NCBI GenBank assembly: GCA_963727865.1
Contig: CAVSHY010000011.1
Coordinates: 4,161 to 68,160 of the forward strand
DNA length: 64,000 nucleotides
Source: an uncultured delta proteobacterium
GTDB taxonomy: Bacteria; Desulfobacterota; GWC2-55-46
Direction: 5' to 3'
The stretch's first letter is position 1. The number at the start of each line of letters is the position of its first letter. The notes beneath the pieces are model-generated. The model had not been told where the DNA came from and did not search any database. It was given only the letters and a program-made list of their open reading frames with translations. A program made the position numbers and the translations under genes. Positions 1 through 9,080 of this stretch are shown here, piece by piece.

Positions 1-1360
1 TCTCCTCGCGCGGGGTGAGGCTTTCAAGGACAAGGTTCGTCTGATCCGAAAGGTCCTTTTCTATGGCCGCGTCCGACGGGGACGGGGACTTCTCATCCTC
101 TATAAAATCTCCGAGTGAGCTCTCCTCATCATCGCCTATCGGGGTCTCAAGCGATAAGGTCTGCTTCATGAGCCTGAGTATCCTGCGGACCTTCGCGATC
201 GGTATATCCATCCTTTCGGCGATCTCTTCGGGATACGGTTCCCTGCCGAGCTCTTTCAGGAGCTGGCGCGAGGTCTGAAGAAGCCTGTTTATGGTCTCTA
301 TCATGTGGACGGGTATCCTTATGGTCCTCCCGTGATCGGCGATAGACCTTGTTATAGCCTGCCTAATCCACCATGTCGCGTAGGTTGAGAACTTGTAGCC
401 CTTTTTATAATCGAACTTGTCAACGGCCTTCATGAGCCCGATGTTGCCTTCCTGGATAAGATCGGAGAATTTGAGGCCGAGGTTTACGTACCTCTTCGCT
501 ATGCTTACCACAAGCCTTAAGTTCGCCTCGATAAGCCTCTGCTTCGCCTCCCACATGTTGAAATCATGTATCTTGACTACCCGCGCGAGATCTTTCAACT
601 GATCCCTTTTCACGCCGAGCATCTTCATTATTCTTCTGGTCCTGAGCTTGGCGCGTTCAGCCTTGCGGGCTCCCTTTTTCTGTTCTTCTCTTTCCAGACG
701 ATGCTCAAGGCGCACTATCCTCTTTACGATCCTCCGGATAATATTATTACTCAGATTCGCGTCCTTAAGGAGCTTGTATGCGCTCTCGGGCTTTCTCCTC
801 TTAAGCCCCTTTTCAAGCCTCCCGATTACTTCTTCGGCATAAGCCTCGTCGTATTGCCCCTCTTCGGCTTCCGCCTCTTCGATGAGTTCCCTTAAGGAGG
901 CCTTTCCCGTCTTGACCCTGCCTGCAACCCTTAAAACCTCTCTTACGGCAAATGGGCTGCTTAAGGTGAGCCTGCGGAACTCGGCACGGGCCTCTTCTAT
1001 CCTCCTCGCGTAGATTATCTCTTCTTCCCTTTTAAGAAGCGGAACAGCGCCCATCTCCCGCATGTAGATCCGTACGGGATCTTCCACTCTTTCAACCTCG
1101 AGGACCTCTTCCTTGGCGCTTACCGGCTCCCGAGCCTCTCCTTTTTCGGCGGTATCGACTACATCTATGCCGAGGTCGCTCAGGGTCTCGAGGAGGTTGT
1201 CCATTTCCTCAACGGAAAAATTATCCTGAGGGAACGCGTCATTTATCTCATCATAGGTCAAAAAACCCTTGTCTTTACCTATATCTATAAGACTCATCAG
1301 GTCATTACTACCCGTATGATTATTGGTCTGGCCGCTGGAATTGTTGTTCTTTTTGGTCAT
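1..1360 (-). CDS. rpoD: RNA polymerase sigma-70 (RpoD-like) paralog, truncated by the window edge
   Basis: Manual translation from ATG 1360: region 1.1 ([18 protein letters not shown]), 1.2 ([12 protein letters not shown]), 2 ([44 protein letters not shown]), 3 ([20 protein letters not shown]). Missing from the ORF track because it has no stop in the window. Confidence 0.93.
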   Translation of the reverse strand, partial: MTKKNNNSSGQTNNHTGSNDLMSLIDIGKDKGFLTYDEINDAFPQDNFSVEEMDNLLETLSDLGIDVVDTAEKGEAREPVSAKEEVLEVERVEDPVRIYMREMGAVPLLKREEEIIYARRIEEARAEFRRLTLSSPFAVREVLRVAGRVKTGKASLRELIEEAEAEEGQYDEAYAEEVIGRLEKGLKRRKPESAYKLLKDANLSNNIIRRIVKRIVRLEHRLEREEQKKGARKAERAKLRTRRIMKMLGVKRDQLKDLARVVKIHDFNMWEAKQRLIEANLRLVVSIAKRYVNLGLKFSDLIQEGNIGLMKAVDKFDYKKGYKFSTYATWWIRQAITRSIADHGRTIRIPVHMIETINRLLQTSRQLLKELGREPYPEEIAERMDIPIAKVRRILRLMKQTLSLETPIGDDEESSLGDFIEDEKSPSPSDAAIEKDLSDQTNLVLESLTPREE

Positions 1361-1442
1361 AAGGATCCTACCTTTATTTAATAAATTCTTTTTAAAGAAC
1401 CGTTTCTTTATATTTTAATGTTTTTTAAGCATAAAACATATA

Positions 1443-1482
1443 ATACTATCATAATTTTATATCAATAGTCAAGTCCAGTCAA
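1443..1482 (-). promoter_or_regulatory. Two overlapping sigma70-like promoters upstream of the rpoD paralog
   Basis: Minus strand TTGACT-N17-TAAAAT (1482..1454) and TTGACT-N18-TAGTAT (1472..1443) in an AT-rich spacer. Confidence 0.45.
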
Positions 1483-1657
1483 GCTTAAGAGACGATTTCA
1501 TATATTATGAGTTTAAGGATAAGTCTATTATTGAAGTAAAAATAAAATAATAAGGATTGAAACTCATAATGAATTACAATCCTTAAACTGAAACATGATA
1601 TTGATTTATATTTTAATTAAAACAGAAAAATCATATTATTAATGACACATACTCAGT

Positions 1658-2395
1658 CTAATAGGCATAAAGATTCCCATAGGGTCTGAGTGATACGGGG
1701 ATAAGCTTCTTAAAACCCCTTTTCATAACCGAGTCGAGCTTTAGATTCAAATCCTTGCAGTATTCGCCAAGGCGTTCCTTAAGTACCGACATATCTTCCT
1801 CATCAGGGTCAAGGATGCCTACCTCGGCTCCGCAATATTTCTTCTCAACCGGCCCCCTTATGTAAATAACGCCGCCGTGCATGCCGGTGCCAAGGTAATC
1901 TCCCACGATCGGCTCGTCTTCCAACCGGTCGAGGCCGAGTATTATCAGAATCCCGCCAGCCATGTACTCGCCGAAAAAATCTCCGGCGGTGCCGCCTACT
2001 ATTATCGTAGGGCTCTGCTTTTTATCTCCTTTCATGTGGATTCCGACCCTGTAGCCCACATTCCCGAGTATATGGAGTTTTCCTCCCCTCATGCCGTAGC
2101 CGAGGACATCCCCAGCGTTACCCTCTATTATGACCTTACCGCTATTCATGGTATTGGCGATATTATCCTGGGCGTTGGACTTTATGATAAGGGTGGGGCC
2201 GTCCATAAAAGCCGCCATGTCGTTCCCCGGGACCCCTTCTATGATAATAGTGGATTTCCCCTTGAGCCCGTCCCCGATATAATACTGGCCGTTTACGCCT
2301 TTAACCCTTATCTCTTTTTCGCCCCTAACAACCGCCTCGCGGATCCTGCTGTTAAGGTCTCTGTAGTATAAGCCTCTTGCGTCGATCTCAAACAT
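1658..2395 (-). CDS. Glutamate synthase alpha subunit domain 3 (GXGXG beta-helix; GlxC/GltB3-like)
   Basis: Repeated G-x-x-M-x-G-G motifs (GYGMRGG, GEYMAGG, GTGMHGG); adjacent to the other two GltB-domain genes. Confidence 0.9.
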   Translation of the reverse strand: MFEIDARGLYYRDLNSRIREAVVRGEKEIRVKGVNGQYYIGDGLKGKSTIIIEGVPGNDMAAFMDGPTLIIKSNAQDNIANTMNSGKVIIEGNAGDVLGYGMRGGKLHILGNVGYRVGIHMKGDKKQSPTIIVGGTAGDFFGEYMAGGILIILGLDRLEDEPIVGDYLGTGMHGGVIYIRGPVEKKYCGAEVGILDPDEEDMSVLKERLGEYCKDLNLKLDSVMKRGFKKLIPVSLRPYGNLYAY

Positions 2396-2437
2396 TATCC
2401 CTTTATCTCCTTAAAAACAATTATCGCTCTGCGGTAA

Positions 2438-3946
2438 TTATCTGCCCGCCGGTTTTACTCCGAGGATGTCCAGGATGTTGTTATCCAGGCCTACGCCCCT
2501 TAGCCTTTCCCTGTTACCCCTGAGGCTTTCGACCGCGTTTATGCCGAGAGCTCCCAGAATCTCCTTGAGTTCATGGGTCCAGGCGTGGATCAGGTTGATA
2601 AGCCGTTCAGCGTATACCTCCGGGTCGAGCCTTGCGGTAAGCTCGGGCCTCTGTGTCGTAATACCCCATGAGCAGTTCCCTGTGTAGCACTTTCCGCATA
2701 CGGTGCATCCCATGGTAACGAGCGCGGCTGTGCCTATCGCCACGACGTCCGCCCCGAGGGCGATCGCCTTTGCCGCGTCCGCGCTGGACCTTATGCCGCC
2801 CGCGGCTATGATCGAGGCCTCGTTCCTTATCCCTTCCTGTCTTAATCTGTCGTCTACGGCCGCTATGGCGTGTTCTATCGGTATGCCGAGATGGTCGCGT
2901 ATGATCGAAGGCGCGGCCCCTGTGCCGCCCCTGAACCCGTCGATATAAACGATGTCGGCTCCGGCCCTTACTATGCCGGAAGCTATGGCGGCCACGTTAT
3001 GCACGGCCGCTATCTTTACCGATACCGGTTTATAGTTCGTCGCCTCTTTTATCGCGTAAATGAGCTGCCTCAGGTCCTCGATTGAATAAATGTCGTGCTG
3101 CGGCGCCGGAGAAAGCGCGTCGGTGCCAACGGGTATCATCCTCGTCTTCGCTACTTCAAGAGGTATCTTCTCTCCGGGCAGGTGTCCGCCTATGCCTGGC
3201 TTGGCGCCCTGGCCGATCTTTATCTCAACGGCCACGCCCGCGTTAAGGTAATCGGGGTTTACGCCGAACCTCCCGGAAGCCACCTGGACTATGATATTGG
3301 ACCTGTAAGGGAGGAGGTCCTCATGGAGCCCCCCCTCGCCCGTACCCATCACGATGCCGCATTCCTTCGCCGCTATGGCGAGCACCTTCTGCGCGTTAAG
3401 GCTTATTGAGCCGTATGACATGGGCGCGAAGATGATAGGGAGTTCGAGCTTTATCTGCGGCGGCATCTTGGTCTTTAATTTCCTCTTCCCGTCCTTGTCT
3501 TTTTCAAAGACGAGGTTAGACGGCTTTTTGCCGAGGTAAGTCCTTAATTCCATCGGCTCCCTCAGGGGATCTATCGACGGATTCGTGACCTGGCACGCGT
3601 CTATAAGGAGGTTATCGAAAAGTATGGTATACGGGAGATCGCTCCCCATGCCTGTAAGGGGGATACCGCCTGTCTCGGCCTGCCTCTTTATATTTCTTAT
3701 GTTATTGAATCCCCAGTAGGCGTTCTGCTTGAACTTTACCGGGTTATCCAATATCTGTATCGCCTCTACAGGGCAGTAATGATAGCATCTCAGGCACTTG
3801 ACGCATTTTGAGGTGTCTATGAGCACCCTCTCGCCGCCCCAGGAATACACCCCCCAGCCGCAGTTCTGGATGCATCTCTTGCACCTGATACACTTCTCAT
3901 GATCGATAGTCGCCAGATACTCGGGTGGCGCCTGACTCTTAAACAT
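2438..3946 (-). CDS. Archaeal-type glutamate synthase FMN-binding subunit (GltB domain 2) with an N-terminal 2x[4Fe-4S] domain
   Basis: CxxCxxCxxxC twice at the N-terminus; QVTNPSIDPLREP, MSYGSIS, GTGEGG, QVASGRFGV, EIKIGQGAKPGIGGHLPGEK, HDIYSIEDL; Cys motif CTVCGKCYTGNCSWGI. Confidence 0.93.
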   Translation of the reverse strand: MFKSQAPPEYLATIDHEKCIRCKRCIQNCGWGVYSWGGERVLIDTSKCVKCLRCYHYCPVEAIQILDNPVKFKQNAYWGFNNIRNIKRQAETGGIPLTGMGSDLPYTILFDNLLIDACQVTNPSIDPLREPMELRTYLGKKPSNLVFEKDKDGKRKLKTKMPPQIKLELPIIFAPMSYGSISLNAQKVLAIAAKECGIVMGTGEGGLHEDLLPYRSNIIVQVASGRFGVNPDYLNAGVAVEIKIGQGAKPGIGGHLPGEKIPLEVAKTRMIPVGTDALSPAPQHDIYSIEDLRQLIYAIKEATNYKPVSVKIAAVHNVAAIASGIVRAGADIVYIDGFRGGTGAAPSIIRDHLGIPIEHAIAAVDDRLRQEGIRNEASIIAAGGIRSSADAAKAIALGADVVAIGTAALVTMGCTVCGKCYTGNCSWGITTQRPELTARLDPEVYAERLINLIHAWTHELKEILGALGINAVESLRGNRERLRGVGLDNNILDILGVKPAGR

Positions 3947-4018
3947 TACTTCCTCCCATATTTTTCAATCGCGGGCGCCCTGTATTTTAAGGCACGCCGC
4001 GTATTTAATTCTTGAAAA

Positions 4019-5092
4019 TTACTCCAGTTCCACGATCACAGGCTCCCCGGCCCTCGGCGCCCAGACCTTATCCGGCGCGGGGCATATTTCCCTTATCGCG
4101 GACTCCTCGCTGGCCATATAGACCTTATCATCCTTGGTCGCCGCCACAAGGGGACGGAGTTTTATCCTGTCATTTAGTCCCACAAGCCCGTTATTGTGTC
4201 CGAAAAGTATGGAGAAAGGGCCGTTTAAAAGCGCGCTCCCGTAAGTCTGCCTCAGGGCCGTCAGCGCTTCCTTCTCATCCGTGTCCTTCTCGTCGATATT
4301 CTTCCAGAAGGGGGCCGCCAGAGCCAGACACGCCGTAGGCACATCAAGGCCGTGCTTTCTTATAAGAAGGTCGAGCATATAAGCGGCGACCTCCGTATCG
4401 GTAAGGAGCGTAAGCTTATACCCGTACATCTCCAGATATCTCTTGTTTATGCCGTAAGAAGAAATCTCTCCGTTATGGACTATCGACCAGTCGAGAAGGG
4501 TAAAGGGATGCGCACCGCCCCACCAGCCCGGGGTATTTGTGGGGAACCTCGTGTGCGCCGTCCATATGTACCCTTCGTATTCCTCGATCCTGAAGAACTC
4601 GGCAATTTCGGAGGGGTTCCCGACGCCTTTAAAGGCGCCCATGTTCTTGCCGGAGCTGAAGATATAGGCCCCGCCGATCTCCGAATTCACCTTCATGACG
4701 GTATTTACGACGAAATCATCTTCCTCGATATCCCCGGCCATCTTGTCTCTGAGCGGCCTTATGAAGTACCTTACCAGAAGCGGGCTTATGGAAATAGCCT
4801 TTACCTGAAAGGTGGGTATCTCCTCTATCTTTTCCACATGATAATTATTCTTCAGATACTCCTCGACGGTCCACCTGATCGAAGGCTCGTCGTACATGAT
4901 ATGAAAGGCGTAGAAATCCTTGAACTCCGGGTATATCCCGTACGCGGCAAAACCCGCGCCAAGGCCGTTGCCCCTGTCGCTCATCAGGCACAGGGACTTG
5001 ACTATTCGATCACCGCTAAGCCTTTCTCTTTTTTTGCTGATGAGCCCCGTAAGTCCGCAGCCCGAGATATCCTTCTGATAATTATGGTTCAT
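4019..5092 (-). CDS. Class II (Ntn) glutamine amidotransferase, GltB domain 1 / GlxB-like
   Basis: Short propeptide then CGLTG nucleophile; DRGNGLGAG, AHTRFPTNT, HPF, HNGEI, TDTE, DRIKLRP, ASEE. Confidence 0.92.
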   Translation of the reverse strand: MNHNYQKDISGCGLTGLISKKRERLSGDRIVKSLCLMSDRGNGLGAGFAAYGIYPEFKDFYAFHIMYDEPSIRWTVEEYLKNNYHVEKIEEIPTFQVKAISISPLLVRYFIRPLRDKMAGDIEEDDFVVNTVMKVNSEIGGAYIFSSGKNMGAFKGVGNPSEIAEFFRIEEYEGYIWTAHTRFPTNTPGWWGGAHPFTLLDWSIVHNGEISSYGINKRYLEMYGYKLTLLTDTEVAAYMLDLLIRKHGLDVPTACLALAAPFWKNIDEKDTDEKEALTALRQTYGSALLNGPFSILFGHNNGLVGLNDRIKLRPLVAATKDDKVYMASEESAIREICPAPDKVWAPRAGEPVIVELE

Positions 5093-5134
5093 CGGTTATC
5101 ACCTTCTCTTCCCATATAAATTAAAAATCGTCTT

Positions 5135-5602
5135 TTACTCTTTTCTGTCTCCCTGTTGACGGCTTTTCTTGAGAAGCTCATAGAGTTTTTTAAATTCCTC
5201 CGCTCCTCCGGCCTTCGGCTCGGGGAGCCCCAGCTTCTTCCTCGCGGGCACCGCCGGTTCACCCAGCCTTGAAGTCTTTACGAACATATCCCAGCCGCGT
5301 TTTACCTGCGCCGGGTGAATACCCTTTTTCGCGGCCATCGTCCTCATGGCCGTCATGGCGTTCTCAAACCCGTAATGCTGGAAGCATATCTCAAGGCAGT
5401 GATGGCATTCGAGACACTCCCATATATGCCTTGAAGAGAGCCACTTTTCGTGATTACCGGCGAGTATGTCCTTTATTACAGCCCTCGGGTCATAGCCGGG
5501 TATATGCACGCATGAAGGGCAGATGTCGAAGCATGCCCCGCATCTGGAGCACATCTCGAGAAGTTTAAAATTTAGAGTGGCCTCTAACACAGGATACCTC
5601 AT
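5135..5602 (-). CDS. hdrC: HdrC-like 2x[4Fe-4S] protein
   Basis: CSRCGACFDICP and IWECLECHHCLEIC; directly downstream of an HdrB-like gene. Confidence 0.75.
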   Translation of the reverse strand: MRYPVLEATLNFKLLEMCSRCGACFDICPSCVHIPGYDPRAVIKDILAGNHEKWLSSRHIWECLECHHCLEICFQHYGFENAMTAMRTMAAKKGIHPAQVKRGWDMFVKTSRLGEPAVPARKKLGLPEPKAGGAEEFKKLYELLKKSRQQGDRKE

Positions 5603-5667
5603 ATTTTAAGGAGCCCCGTAAAACGACAGGCTCAAGTGAAGTTCTTTTTAATACCCCGCGCAAAAAT

Positions 5668-6615
5668 CTAACCTAAAACGCCGGGGCTGTTCAGACCCTC
5701 TTCAAAGGGATTCTCGCCGGAGCGCTTCGCTGAGAGCTTTTCCCACTTTTTAATGAACGGCCCGACGTCGACCCTGTGCAAGGTCATCCCGAGTTCCTCG
5801 GCGCTAAAGCCCATGGAAAGCCCGAGGAGTTCGGTATAGTAGATTACCGGTATCCCGAACTTCTCCCCTTCTTTCTCCATGAGGAACTGGTTGTTGTCGA
5901 ACTGCAGGAAACACGAAGGACAGCAGAGGACCAACGCGTCCGCGCCCATGGCCTTTAGCTCCCTCAATTTAACGCGGGCGAAATGGAGCGCCATATCGTG
6001 CTCATCGATCCTGTCGAGACCCTGGCCGCAGCACATCATCTTGGTCATATACTGAAGGCTTTCCGCGCCCATAGCCCTTATGAGGTTATCGAACTTTTTG
6101 GGGTTCAGCGGGTCGTCATTCCTGAGCGCGTGCGACGGACGTATCATATGGCAGCCGTAATGAAGCGCGACCTTCATCCCGGTAAAATCCCTTTTCATCT
6201 TCTGCTTTATGGTATGGACCCCGACAACATCATGGAAGAAGGGGATAAGGTGATGGAGCTTTGAGCTGCCCTTGAACTCCCTGCCCACTTCCTTCAGAAG
6301 CGAATTGACCTGATCTTTTTTATGCGGGTTCGCTTTAAGCTCGCTCTGGACCGTAGCGAGGTTGGAGATGCACCCGGTGCAGGGGCTTACCAGGTCGTAA
6401 CCCTTTTCGTCCACCAGGGCCACGTTCCTTGCCGCCGTAACCACAAAGGCGCCGTGATCGATATTATTTACGAGAGATTTCTCGGGACAGCAGGTAAACC
6501 CGTCTATATCCCTGTAAGGCAGTTTAAAGCTCTCCAGCACAATCCTCGTTGATTTCTCAATAAAAGGGAACCGGGCCTGTATTGTGCAACCCCAGAATAC
6601 CGCGAACTCTTTCAT
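5668..6615 (-). CDS. hdrB: HdrB-like protein with two CCG domains
   Basis: Start reassigned to MKEFAVFWGC (ATG 6615). Motifs FWGC...TCCP...SPCTGC and HYGCH...MCCG...CCPSCFLQFD, GIPVIYYTELLGL. Confidence 0.85.
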   Translation of the reverse strand: MKEFAVFWGCTIQARFPFIEKSTRIVLESFKLPYRDIDGFTCCPEKSLVNNIDHGAFVVTAARNVALVDEKGYDLVSPCTGCISNLATVQSELKANPHKKDQVNSLLKEVGREFKGSSKLHHLIPFFHDVVGVHTIKQKMKRDFTGMKVALHYGCHMIRPSHALRNDDPLNPKKFDNLIRAMGAESLQYMTKMMCCGQGLDRIDEHDMALHFARVKLRELKAMGADALVLCCPSCFLQFDNNQFLMEKEGEKFGIPVIYYTELLGLSMGFSAEELGMTLHRVDVGPFIKKWEKLSAKRSGENPFEEGLNSPGVLG

Positions 6616-6681
6616 CTTAATATCCCTCTGTATCCCGGAAACATGCCATGCACGGTATGTAACATGAGCTTCCAACATCCT

Positions 6682-6722
6682 GTGATTCCAGCCTGCCGCA
6701 ATGAGAGCAAGGCTGGAATCAC
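6682..6722. other. Perfect 13-bp hairpin between the ferredoxin gene and hdrB
   Basis: GTGATTCCAGCCT-N15-AGGCTGGAATCAC. Confidence 0.6.
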
Positions 6723-6865
6723 GCTGGAATCTGCTGATCCGGTTAAAAAGTTTCGGCACATAATCGCGGCCGCGCGTATTAAAGGCCTGTAATCGACCGG
6801 CAAAAACACAAAACTTGAATCAGAAAAGACTACCCTAAAGCTTTATTAAGAGCGTTAAGGCCCGC

Positions 6866-7075
<210 letters not shown>

Positions 7076-7185
7076 TTATTTACATAAAGACAAGCGATTA
7101 CTTTCTTTGTATACAGTATACTAACCTACAATAAAACAAAAAACAAGATTTTTTTATTCCAAAAACTGATTTTTTTTGATTAAAA

Positions 7186-7355
7186 TTGAAGATTCCCCGA
7201 AGCAAGCTGCGGGGAATCTTTCAAATGTAAGGTGTTTCAGAGTCCTTCATGGGGCGCCTGAACAAGAACGGCGTCTCGCGTAGGACTTTAAAAGTTCTTT
7301 TCGCTCGCTTGACCCCGCTGCTTGCAGCGGGCAGGGCGCTCGCGTTGCATTTTCG
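7186..7355 (+). mobile_element. Palindromic non-autonomous element (PATE/MITE-like), copy A, one internal module
   Basis: TTGA, left hairpin CCCCGAAGC-AA-GCTGCGGGG, one ~54-nt module, CGCTCGCTTGACCCCGCTGC..GCAGCGGG, GCATTTTC; homologous to five other copies in the window. Confidence 0.8.
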
Positions 7356-7513
7356 CGGAAATCTTTTAGATAAGAAATGGAACTAATTGAAAAACATCAT
7401 AAAAATCGGCTAAACTACTTAAAAAGTCAGGTAAAATTTTTTTGATTGAAATTCTTTATTAAAGCTTCGGAAAAGGTAATTCTCCGTAATCCTCCAGATA
7501 AAAACCGCTCTTA

Positions 7514-8935
7514 TCATGGCTTAAGAGCGAGTATCTTGATCTCCGTCATCTCCTCTATCGCGTATCTTATCCCTTCCCTTCCGAACCCGCTCATCTTAAC
7601 CCCGCCATAGGGCATGCTGTCTACCCTGTAAGTCGGGACATCGTTTACGATAACGCCTCCGACATCGAGCTTTTCAAAGGCGTAAAAAATCCTGCCCGTA
7701 TCCCTGGTGAAAACCCCGGCCTGAAGCCCGTATATCCCGCGGTTAACTTCATTTACCGCTTCCTCGAAAGTATTATATGGTTCGAGATTTACCAGCGGCG
7801 CGAAAACCTCTTCTCCGCAGACCTTCATCGACTGTTTCGTGTCTGTAAGGACAGTGGGCTCAAAAAACCTTCCGCGCCTTCTGCCGCCGGCGAGCAACCC
7901 CGCCCCTTCGCTTAACGCCTCTTTTACCCAGGCCTCTGTCCTTGCCAGGGCCGCCTCTTCGATCATCGGCCCTACGTTCGTGGATTCGTCGAGAGGGTCT
8001 CCTAACTTTAAATTCCCGCAATTTTCAAGAAATATGTTTTTAAACCTCTCGAAGATATTCTTCTGGACATATATCCTCTGTACTGAAATGCATATCTGGC
8101 CCGCGTACGCGAACGCCCCCGTTGTGCACCTTTTGGCGGCATAATCGATATCCGCGTCATCGTGGACTATAACCCCGGCGTTTCCGCCGAGCTCAAGGGT
8201 AACCCTTTTTGTGCCGGCCTTGCTCTTTAATCCCCAGCCGACCCGGGCCGACCCTGTGAAGGTTATCTTCCTGATCCGGTCGTCTGAAATAAGCTTTTCA
8301 GCGTCTTCTCCGGAGGATGGCACTATATTCACCCCTCCGTCTGGCCATCCGGCTTCCGTTATTATCTCGCCGAGGATAATAGCCGTAAGAGGGGTCTTTG
8401 AAGCTGGCTTTATAATCACAGGGTTGCCGCAAGACATCGCCGGAGCGACCTTGTGGGCAACGAGGTTTAAAGGAAAATTAAAGGGCGTTATCCCGAGGAC
8501 CGGCCCTACGGGAAACCTTTTTACAATGCCGACCCTCCCTTCCGACCCGGCGATTATGTCAAGCGGCATAACGGTGCCTTCGAGCCGCTTCGACTCTTCC
8601 ATCGCTATCTGAAATGTATTCACCGCCCTTCTTACCTCACCCCTGGAATCGATTATGGGTTTGCCGGCCTCGAGGGCGATCGTCCTGGCGAGTTCCTCCT
8701 CCCTGTCCTTAAGCCCCTGTATGACCTTCTGAATCATATCCGCCCTCTTATAAGAAGGGAATCCCTTTAAGACCTCGAATGCCCGCGACGCCGCCTCAGC
8801 GGCTTCCTTCAGCTCTTTTTCTCCGGCAAGGTAAGTAACCCCGACCAAGCTGTCATCATAGGGGCTTGTAACCTTAAGCTCCCTGCCTGTGGTCCTCCAC
8901 TCCCCGCCTATAAGAATCTTATACTCTTTTGCCAT
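7514..8935 (-). CDS. NAD(P)-dependent aldehyde dehydrogenase
   Basis: ITPFNFP, KPAS, FTGS, LELGGNA, catalytic GQICISVQR, EEVFAP, YGGVKMSGFGREG. Confidence 0.93.
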   Translation of the reverse strand: MAKEYKILIGGEWRTTGRELKVTSPYDDSLVGVTYLAGEKELKEAAEAASRAFEVLKGFPSYKRADMIQKVIQGLKDREEELARTIALEAGKPIIDSRGEVRRAVNTFQIAMEESKRLEGTVMPLDIIAGSEGRVGIVKRFPVGPVLGITPFNFPLNLVAHKVAPAMSCGNPVIIKPASKTPLTAIILGEIITEAGWPDGGVNIVPSSGEDAEKLISDDRIRKITFTGSARVGWGLKSKAGTKRVTLELGGNAGVIVHDDADIDYAAKRCTTGAFAYAGQICISVQRIYVQKNIFERFKNIFLENCGNLKLGDPLDESTNVGPMIEEAALARTEAWVKEALSEGAGLLAGGRRRGRFFEPTVLTDTKQSMKVCGEEVFAPLVNLEPYNTFEEAVNEVNRGIYGLQAGVFTRDTGRIFYAFEKLDVGGVIVNDVPTYRVDSMPYGGVKMSGFGREGIRYAIEEMTEIKILALKP

Positions 8936-9041
8936 GTGCCATCTCGTATATTTTATGAAATAATCCGCTCAAAATATTATACCTAATAAAGCAGAAAAGA
9001 GCCCCGCAGTCAATCACGCCGTTTGTTTTTGCGCCAGCGTA

Positions 9042-9073
9042 TGATATAATTTTCATATCTTTCCATCAGGAGG
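9042..9073 (+). promoter_or_regulatory. Extended -10 promoter and Shine-Dalgarno for hflX
   Basis: TGATATAAT at 9042-9050; AGGAGG at 9068-9073, 7 nt before ATA 9081. Confidence 0.6.
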
Positions 9074-9080
9074 TTTTTCC

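Noticed and set aside
6616-6759. N-terminal extension of HdrB in the ORF track
   Set aside because: It runs through the intergenic hairpin; similarity to HdrB begins at MKEFAVFWGC, which has GAGGGA upstream.
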